Shown: positions 48,182-56,878 of the stretch, piece by piece
Numbering within the stretch: the first letter of the stretch is position 1
Layout: each line of letters opens with the position of its first letter
DNA from: Podospora anserina
Lineage: Eukaryota
DNA length: 64,000 bases
Direction: 5' to 3'
Assembly (NCBI GenBank): GCA_017654855.1
Contig: CM030333.1
Span: 1,798,001-1,862,000, forward strand
Made by a program: the position numbers and the translations under genes
The notes under the pieces: generated by a model
What the model saw: the letters and a program-made list of their open reading frames with translations, nothing else
The model's database searches: none
Told to the model about the DNA's origin: nothing

Positions 48182-49804
48182 GAGTGAAATCATTGGATGC
48201 TCCTCCCCCTCTTCACTTTATGATACAAGGCCCTTACAAGCACTGGCATTCTCTGGACTTTTTAAAGGCAAAAGTTTACTTGACGCCCACACGTCAATGG
48301 GTTTCCATCTGAGTCCCTCTTCCCACCTATCTGTCTACATGCAAACCTCCATAGGCACAGACATCAAGCATGCTCCTACACTAGCCCAGACAGACACGGA
48401 AGGAATACACTGCAGAATAGCGGTCGCCCAGAGCTTCAAAGCCAGGTCGGTTGGAGCATAGGTGGCGCTTCTGATGCCAATAGGAATCTCTCTATAGTTC
48501 TCGGGCTAGGCCTGAGCAGAGGCTGCATTGCATTTGAGAGGAATGAGAGAAAACACTGAGGGGCGGAGTGCGGGGAAGCCCAGACCCATCGAGGTGTGTC
48601 TGCGAGGCATGGCAAGACGAGCAGCCTATGACAGGCATGAAAAGTCCCAATACCGAAGGTGAGGCCGGTGGCCGGTGGCCGGGAGCCTGTGCTGAACAGT
48701 GGCCCAGAATGCCCGGAATAGCTAGACCGAACCAAGAAGTGTACTGCACATGCGGTCCAAAGGCAGGGCATGGCAAGCAATTGAATAAGAAGAATGGGCC
48801 CCTGGCTTCTAGCCAGAATTGTCTCCAGCTTGTCCATCCAGTCGTTCTGGAGTCTTTCGTTCTCTCATCCGTCGCTGTCATCACCCTCATCCTCATCCTC
48901 GTTGCCATCCTCAGTCCAACATCTGAATACGACACTCTCTTTGTACTCGGTGGCCCCACATTGAAACCAGCTGGGGTGTTAGAACCAAGTGGTCGATCTT
49001 GATCAGCATCGCAGCCAATTCGCGCGCAACTGCACACATCCACCAGACCGCGATAACGTCCCTGGCCTTCGAGGAGCTGGAAAGTCAGCGACTCACATGG
49101 CTGCTGCATGTCGAGGGTATCCTTGAACTGATCGCAAGCCATGACGACCGTGTCTGGGGCACACCGAACCGACAGCCAACAACAAACCCCACAGACAGCC
49201 GTCATCTCGGCGCCGTCGGCGGTGTGACTATTCTCTTAAGCTGTCTGATCGTATTCCTATGATACGGATCTATCACCAATTCGCCACGACGTGTCATATC
49301 AGCTGAGAAAGCCAGAGGCAGCCGTGTTCTCCAGGGGGACGAGGGATTTCTGGGTTCTTCTGACAAGAAAAAAAAAGAAGCGTTTTCTTCAGCACCTGGC
49401 TGGCCCGCTGGGCTGCTGTCTCGTCCCGCCAACCAACCACTCAGCACTCGCAGAGACTCGAAACTCGCACAGACATCGAAGACTTCTAGAAAAGGCTGCC
49501 CAGTGTCAGGCAGCTGAGGAAAGGTTGTTGCGGAACAGACGCAGGGGCACGACGCATTTTCCCAGGCTTTTTTATGAATGCGGAAGGTCTCTGGCGGTAG
49601 AAAAAGGAGGGAGGGCCCCATTCTCCCGCATGTCACCTTTGGTTCCTTGGATGCCGCAAGCGAGACGGCGTTCCGGTGCTCCTGGAACAAAGGCCCCCAT
49701 TGCCAAAACAGGTCCCCTGAGTTTGGGCGGGGCCCATTACGCCCATCCCCTAGCCCCCCTGCTTGACGCTGGTCCCGTCGCTGGCGAAAAAGTTTCTACC
49801 AAAG

Positions 49805-51778
49805 ATGGAGTTCCTTTCAGGTTATGCTGCGGCTCAATCCCCTTTCTCCGCCTACACCGTCGAGCCGCCTCCTAATTCCTCCCATCGCTCCCGTTCCAAG
49901 CAGCCTGGCCGATCCAACTCGACCTCGGGCACCCAGACGAAGAAGCGCTCTCGCATACACGGACACGCCCGTACTAACAGCGCCAGCACCTCGAGCACGG
50001 GCAGCGGCCGGACCGGCGATAGCAACCAGCAGCCATCGCATCCAGGTCACCACCACGGCACCGCCACCGCCGCCACTAGCAACAACAACATCAACAACAA
50101 CCCTGCGTGGTTGCAGCACTCCGGCGCTCCCGACGCCGCCAGACCCGGAGTTGATGCCGCCGCCGCATCTCCTGCTGCTGTGACAGCACCCCCGTTCGGC
50201 GCCCGCCGTGATCGACACCGCGAGCGCATGTCCTACCAGGACAAGCAGCTACCAGCAACCCCCCGCCTCAACACCGTCGACGCCTCTTCGCGATCACCGG
50301 GCAGCGGTAGCACTTCTGAGCCAGCTTCGGCACAAACACCAGCTTCCGCCTCGGCCGCCTTCTCAGACCGACGCATGCTCCATCATGCAGCAGCAGCCAT
50401 GTACGATCCAGGATCCAAACCACCTGGGCCGGGACCAGCAGGTCTCCCCCGCTCCGAAAGCGTCACCAGCGTCGGGGGAATAACCACGGCGAGCGGGCGC
50501 ACCATGATCTCCACCGAGCCACCATCCAGCCAAGAAGCCGCCGCTCACCAGCTCAGGCCGTTTGTCGTCCGCAACGGCCGGACGTACATCTCGGACCAGT
50601 CCCTCCCTTACCCATTACCCGTCGACCTGGAGGAGCTACACAGGCAGGGTCTAAAGACGATGCTTTTACTACAATTATACGGACGACCTATTTGCGATCC
50701 GACATTCATCAACAAACCGCCGCCGCGCATCCTGGAAATTGGGTGCGGGACAGGATTTTGGAGCATGACTTGCTACCGCTACTACGAAGCCAGAGGCCAG
50801 CACGCAAACATGTCTTTTACCGGGCTTGATATTGTCCCTCTTGCGCCTCCCACGGGAGGGCCAGGGGTTTCTGAGAGTGCCGAGTCGGCCCCTTCCGCTT
50901 TGCCTGGGGCGTCAGCTATCAGGCCGGATAAAGACATGAATTGGACTTTTGTACAACACGATCTGAGGAAACTGCCGTTACCCTTTCCTGAGGGGTCGTT
51001 TGACTTTGTCATGGTGAAGGACATGGGCCTTGCTACGTCGATGGTGATGCAACAGGGTCTGGTAGACGAGTATATTCGGGTGTTGGTGCCTGGTGGAACG
51101 GTGGAGATATGGGAGACTGATCATACACTTCGTATGCTCCGCCCTCATGTGCCGGAGCCACCTGCTGGATCAGGTGGCGCTGAGGGTGAAGCGGAGGCTG
51201 GTGGTGAGGCTGAGAATGGGAATGACGAGCAGAATATAATGGAGATGGGGGCGTATCTCATGACGGCCAATACGCCGCTCAGCCATCCTCTTAATAACTT
51301 CTTGTTGGAATATAATGGGTGGATATCTCGCGCATTGGAGGCGAGAGGGCTGTTTTGCATGCCTTGTACGGTTATTGGGCCGTTGTTGATTCAAGAAGCG
51401 GAGGTCTTGACTGGAGTAGGGAGCACGAGGTTGGCGATTCCTTTGTCGGAAGTTCGATGGGAAAGGGAAGGGGTTGGCGGTGTGGTTACCAAGGATGGGA
51501 AGAGCTATATCGATACGAAGGCGAGGAGGCTAGGGAAGGATGGTGCGCCCGTGGGCAAGGCGCTAGGGCCGGTGGCGACGGCGGTCAGGAGGACAGCGTT
51601 GACGGTGGTGGTGCAGCAGATCCAGAGCATGGAGCATGTCCTGAGGGAGGTGAGCGGGAAGAGCCAGGATGAGTGGGATGCCTGGATGGGGAAGATGATG
51701 AATGATCTGGTGAGAGAAAATGGCCCGAGTTGGGGAGAGTGCCTCGAGGTTGGTGCTTGGTGGGCGAAGAAGAGGTGA
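49805..51778 (+). CDS. SAM-dependent methyltransferase, LaeA-like family, with about 250-aa disordered N-terminus
   Basis: NGRTY...YPLPVDLEELHRQ pre-motif, motif I RILEIGCGTGFW, GLDIVP, PLPFPEGSFDFV and RVLVPGG.VEIWETD. Confidence 0.88.
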   Translation: MEFLSGYAAAQSPFSAYTVEPPPNSSHRSRSKQPGRSNSTSGTQTKKRSRIHGHARTNSASTSSTGSGRTGDSNQQPSHPGHHHGTATAATSNNNINNNPAWLQHSGAPDAARPGVDAAAASPAAVTAPPFGARRDRHRERMSYQDKQLPATPRLNTVDASSRSPGSGSTSEPASAQTPASASAAFSDRRMLHHAAAAMYDPGSKPPGPGPAGLPRSESVTSVGGITTASGRTMISTEPPSSQEAAAHQLRPFVVRNGRTYISDQSLPYPLPVDLEELHRQGLKTMLLLQLYGRPICDPTFINKPPPRILEIGCGTGFWSMTCYRYYEARGQHANMSFTGLDIVPLAPPTGGPGVSESAESAPSALPGASAIRPDKDMNWTFVQHDLRKLPLPFPEGSFDFVMVKDMGLATSMVMQQGLVDEYIRVLVPGGTVEIWETDHTLRMLRPHVPEPPAGSGGAEGEAEAGGEAENGNDEQNIMEMGAYLMTANTPLSHPLNNFLLEYNGWISRALEARGLFCMPCTVIGPLLIQEAEVLTGVGSTRLAIPLSEVRWEREGVGGVVTKDGKSYIDTKARRLGKDGAPVGKALGPVATAVRRTALTVVVQQIQSMEHVLREVSGKSQDEWDAWMGKMMNDLVRENGPSWGECLEVGAWWAKKR

Positions 51779-52101
51779 TTTTTTTGCTTTGGTCTCTTTT
51801 GATGGCGGGTTTCTAAAAGGGATTTTCTTTTGTTTATTATTTGGTCCCGAACTTTACCGTCTTGGGAAGTCGAGCTGGCTATGGGTTTCTTGGATATGTT
51901 TTTTTTTCTCTTCTTCGAATTGGATATACCTTCAGGTGTGAATGACTATATATTTTTCTGTTTGATGTCTAAAACTACTGTTCTGGGGTTCTGTTGTTGG
52001 CCGTTCTCTTCGGAAGTGTATTTTTGCTACAAGCTGGCATGTTTTCCGTTACTATCCATTTCTTTTGTACGATGTAGGGTATCAAGCAGAATTCCAAATC
52101 G

Positions 52102-52553
52102 CTATGCGCCATCATACCGCTTCCTGAGAGTCCGGTATCGTTTTAGATAGTATCTGTGTTATGTTTTGGTTATTGTGGTCAGGATAGTCTTGGAGTTTGG
52201 GGACTTACAGTGCTTCAATCTCTATTGATCATAAACAGGATTGAACTTCTCGTTAGCTTTTCTCTCCCATGACTGATTCAATGTTGTTATATTTACCCTT
52301 CTGAACAAACTGCGCCCGCGCAATGGCTTGACGTATCTCCGCTTCATCCGTCAGGCTAGCATTGGCCATAAAGGCCCTGTGTAGGCGAGGGCGGAAGTAG
52401 TTGTATCCCTGAGGGTAATCACGGCCGAGGTACAAGAGCTCTACTGACAGCATGAATACGAGAATTTGGCGTGATACACGGGAGGGGCTCGAAGTACATA
52501 CGCTTGTAAATTGACATGACTTGCTGTCTCAGCTCTGGGTTTATTGAGGACAT
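52102..52553 (-). CDS. LYRM5: LYR-motif mitochondrial protein (LYRM5/ETFRF1-like); exons 52553-52502, 52440-52297, 52221-52209, 52153-52102
   Basis: Manual splicing gives MSSINPELRQQVMSIYKQLLYLGRDYPQGYNYFRPRLHRAFMANASLTDEAEIRQAIARAQFVQKEIEALYYLKRYRTLRKRYDGA*; all three introns are GT-AG. Confidence 0.85.
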
Positions 52554-53337
52554 TGTTTCCGACGCTGAGTTGAATGAGGAATTATTGTGGGATACACATG
52601 TTCCTCTACTCTCATGAGCCAACCGAGGTTGCGAATTATGTACTCTGTTCGGGCCAACACCAGACAGTACGTGTAATTGATGATACTTTCACGCGGAGTT
52701 GAGACCACCTGGATAAGCGCCTGGTGACGACATTCTCGTCCCACCACCGCGGCATTGCTTATCTTATCGCACATACCAGCAGTGCGCGCAGCAGAGGCCC
52801 GCACTGTCTCTCTCGGCCGTCCAGTCAGCGTGAAGCTAACCACAGCCTGGACTGTCTGAGATTCTAGCCAGGCGGCGTGTTTTACTTTAGCCAAGGCTAT
52901 TGACAGACATATATGCCCAATTTCACAATATATAGACTTTTCTGGACAAATTTGAGAATAACAGCTCTAAAGAGACGGTTGGCATCGGCCGAGATCAACA
53001 TGTCCAGAAAGGCACCCCACCTTTCTTCCCCCGCTGCCGAGACGTCTCCGAGCCCCCGGACAGGACGGGAATTCCCAAAGAGCTCAAGGGCAATGGCGAC
53101 AGCCAGGACAACTGACAGCTAAACCTGTCACGGCCGTGACATCTTGAGTCCATCTGGAAGAAGTTTGACATCTCAAAGGCGCAATTGGGACAATTGAAAA
53201 GAGAGTGAACACCTCACTTTCACAAACCGATCTCACCCACTCACAATTGCATCATCCGTCCAACCACACAACACCGCACGGCTCAACATAACCGCCTCGA
53301 TATCACCTCCTGAAGTCTCACAACAACGACCACCACA

Positions 53338-54363
53338 ATGACCCCCCCAACGCCCCTCCTCACCAGATCCCTCCGATCAAGGGGCTTACTCTCCCTTCCG
53401 TCCTTCACCAAAACCCTACAAAGACCCCTCTCTACCATCACCAACCAACTCCCCCCTCCACCACCAAAACACTGGATCCCCGACCTCCGCGCCCGCCTAG
53501 GCAAATCCATCATCTTCGGCTGCACCCACTCCCAAATCACCCGCGCGTCCTCCGTTCTCAAAGCCCTATCAACCGAATGGAAGTCTCTTGTCGCCGGCAG
53601 TGAAGGGTTCCTCACCGGGGGAAGGAGAGGGCTAGACGGGAGGCAGATTGCCTGGGGGGAGATGGATAGTTTTGTTTGTTCCCCCCCCCACTCATTTTCA
53701 GTTTGGGCGGGGTGGTGGTGATACTGACAAATGAGAGCCAAACAGCAACACGTCAACAATGTGAATTACTATCGGTATGCCGAGTCGGCAAGAGTAAACT
53801 GGATCACCAACTTTGCCGTTCATGTTGATCCGAAGCATAGGCAGCAGTGGGCGGAGCTGATGACGCCCAAGTCGACGGGGTTGATTATGAAGAGTTTGAA
53901 GTGTGATTTCAAGTTTGTGAGCTTCCCCCCCGCCCCGCCCCGCCCCGCCCCCTGACAGTCCCCAATACATGAAGGATGAGAGTTGACAGAGAAAACAAAG
54001 CCAATGGTTTACCCTGATAAGATCTCCGTCTATCACAAGCTCCGCTGCAGGCCTGAGGGGGACCCGGCGCCGAGTAATTTCATGCTGGATTGTATCGTCT
54101 TGTCTCATCAGCATAGAAGGGTGGCGGCACGCTTGGAGGAGGATATCGTTGTTTATGACTACAAGGCTGCGAAAAAGACGAGCATGCCTGGGTTTATGAT
54201 GGAGTTGTTCCAGCAGACGTGGGAGATGCAGCAGGCTGAGGAGGTGAGGGCGAGGACGAGGATTTGGGAGTTGATTGGGGAGGTGGAGGGGTTGGAGAAG
54301 GAGACGTGGGATAGGGAGGATGCGGTAGAGGATTTGGGGAGTGCTGGTAAGAGTAGTGCTTGA
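53338..54363 (+). CDS. Hotdog-fold acyl-CoA thioesterase (4HBT-like), probably mitochondrial; exons 53338-53673, 53746-53916, 54001-54363
   Basis: WGEMDSFQHVNNVNYYRYAESAR motif across intron 1, CDFKFPMVYPD across intron 2, and an Arg/Ser/Leu-rich, acid-free N-terminus resembling a presequence. Confidence 0.88.
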
Positions 54364-56294
54364 AAAGGTTGAGCATGGAAGTCTAAATATCAGGGTTCAT
54401 GGTGTGGCGGGTTCTCCTTTTCTTTTTCTCTTCTATGATGGGTGGTCCCTGTGTTTTGATAGACAATCACACAATATCAATATGACTGTAGAAGCCAAGA
54501 ATAGAAAATGCTTGTTATTCAAATGGTTCGCCGCGGAAAAGCTTGATGAATAGGAGGTGTCAAGTCTAAAGTCCGGGATATCTGGGACAGAACGGCTCAC
54601 CATCCCGGCCCAGGCTCCGAAGCTGCAAACTCGGAGTTTCCCGAAGACTTCACTGTCGCCTTCCGCAGTTGGAAGGTCTCGACCTGGACAAAAGTTCAGC
54701 CTCGCATAATGCCAATTTGGACGACACTGCTTGGCAGCACAGTGTTTGCGGGGTATGGCTCCGTCGAGCACCGTGTCAGGAGTATTTCTGACACCTTACC
54801 TTCTGACGACAACCAGCTCGGATGAGGTTTGTTTGACTGGTTTTGATACCGGTAGCTTTGTCGTCTGAGAAAGGGTCCGGAGCGGGGTGCGTGCTTGGAG
54901 GTTCGGGAGAAACACTGGAGTTGATCCCTCCCAACGAAGCGTGATTGGTACGGGTGAATCCTTGCTCGCCTGACCTGCCCATGCTGACCCTGTGATGCTT
55001 GCCACAGGGCGGCCGTATAACACTCCCGATGTTATAGGCCAAGGATGGCTTGATATCACAGGCCAAAAAAAAAGCACATGAAAGCAAAAAGCAGAAAACG
55101 CCGAGCAAACCGATATTTTTGGTACCAACCAGGCTTGGAGTTGGCAGCGAGAACATGTTCACGATTCCGATCAAGCTGGCTGTTTGACGATCGCGTGGTC
55201 CTGTGCCAAAGCGGAGAAGGTGTGGGAAACGAAAAAATGCAGCATCCACCAGACAGCAAGGAACCCTTGGAGATTTGGCTGCGACTTTTTGCTTGTGGTC
55301 CACCCAAGAAGTGACAGACCCCAAACGGTCATGTCCAATCATAACGGGCGGGAAAAGACCAGAAGAGAGAAGGGCGAGTCGGGCACCTCTGCATGCACTG
55401 TGATGGCCAAGAGATCGCCTGCCAAGCGACATCCCGTGGCTTGTTCTGGTGGTTGTTTTGCGGAGAGTCCCCCTATTGAACCACTGGAACGACGATAGTG
55501 GCAGGTTCTTTGATGCTGAGGTAGCCTAATTTTCCCTTTTCGAGTCGGGTGCAGGTTGGGGTGAGCTCGATATCCCGAGTCTGCATTTCCTGACTCCTAG
55601 ACCAGCCTATCCCACCATCTAAATGTCGTGCAACTGCCGGCACGGAGAGGATCACCACTCGGCCGCAAGGAGCTTATTCTCGCGGGATGACTTGCGGTGT
55701 GGGGGATGGAAGGAAGCTGGGTGTCATCGTTCGGCTTCTCCCTGCTGCCATAGGCTGCCACCATGAGGTCCTTCGGTATGGCGAGGAGGGGAAGGGGCTC
55801 ATGGTGTGAGCGGTTTGGATATCTCACCCAGAGATGTGGAAGTTGATACACGTGCTATGAGGTCCCATATGCCCTCTGTGCCCGCTATTCACCAACAGTT
55901 GACCGCAACATGTTTGGTGTCGGGAAGACAGATTAAATCGATATTGGCTGCAGGAAGAGGTCGAGATGCAGATGCCTGTGGTCCGGCAACGCACCGCGGG
56001 TAGCGCATGGCGACCGACATCGTAATTGCGATGCCACCGTTTCCTACTGCCTCTAGTTCTATCAGCACTTCTAACACCTAGGCACCCGATTAACTCATGT
56101 CCACCTAACGGCTGCTGCAGGGAAGGTAGTGATGCGTAAGCTGAAGCGGCGCATACAGCAAAGTCATCAAACAGCGAAATCTGAGCATAAGTCAGCGATC
56201 AAGTAACTCCCACAGCACCACGGTAATGGATGAAGCAAAAGCGCTGATGAAAGAGATTCCAAGCTCAAAGATTTCAGCGACTCGCTCTTTTTGA

Positions 56295-56300
56295 TATAAA
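56295..56300 (+). promoter_or_regulatory. TATA box upstream of acrB
   Basis: TATAAA followed by a C/A-rich leader about 580 nt before the first in-frame ATG. Confidence 0.5.
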
Positions 56301-56878
56301 TACAAGGCAGCCCCACCACAATCCACCAAAGCCGCCGCCACACCCGGCAAACCCCCTGTCATCTCGCCCAGGTCCTGCCGTCCTGGAGCGGTCCAAGCGA
56401 TAGCCACTGGGCTGACACTGTGCGCCCACCTAAAATCCTCAGCCTCCAAATCCAAAATCCGCTTTTCTCCTTTTAAACTCAAAACTCAACCTGCGTCCAG
56501 CCAACACCCGAACTTCGCAGCAGAGGAAACACTTACAAACGTCTCACCACATGCCACATACCTCACCCCGCCCCGCCCCGCTTCACTAACAACAACACAT
56601 TCTTGACCACAACCCCCCTCCCGCGTGCGCATGACGACCTGCACCACCCCGAGGACCCTGAAAGAGTGCGGACCGGAACTGGCCGCGACGCTATTCCCGG
56701 CCTCTGCCTAGCCTTTGCGACAACCTCCCCTCTCGCGGCCGTGGCGGACGAGTGGAGGACTTGGTTTTGGGGACACTTGGGATTTGAAGGAAACGTTTTG
56801 CGGATCCAGCCGCCTCTCAATCGCCTTTCCGCTGCTGGGCATACTGGGCTGGCTCAGAACAAGATTCTGGGTCAGCGG

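Noticed and set aside
48865..49205. Minus-strand acidic stretch (TEDGNEDEDEGDDSDG*) with CTAAC/CAG acceptor and an upstream GTGAGT
   Set aside because: Splicing from the available ATG exon does not enter the acidic frame; probably a (GAT/GAG)-like simple repeat.
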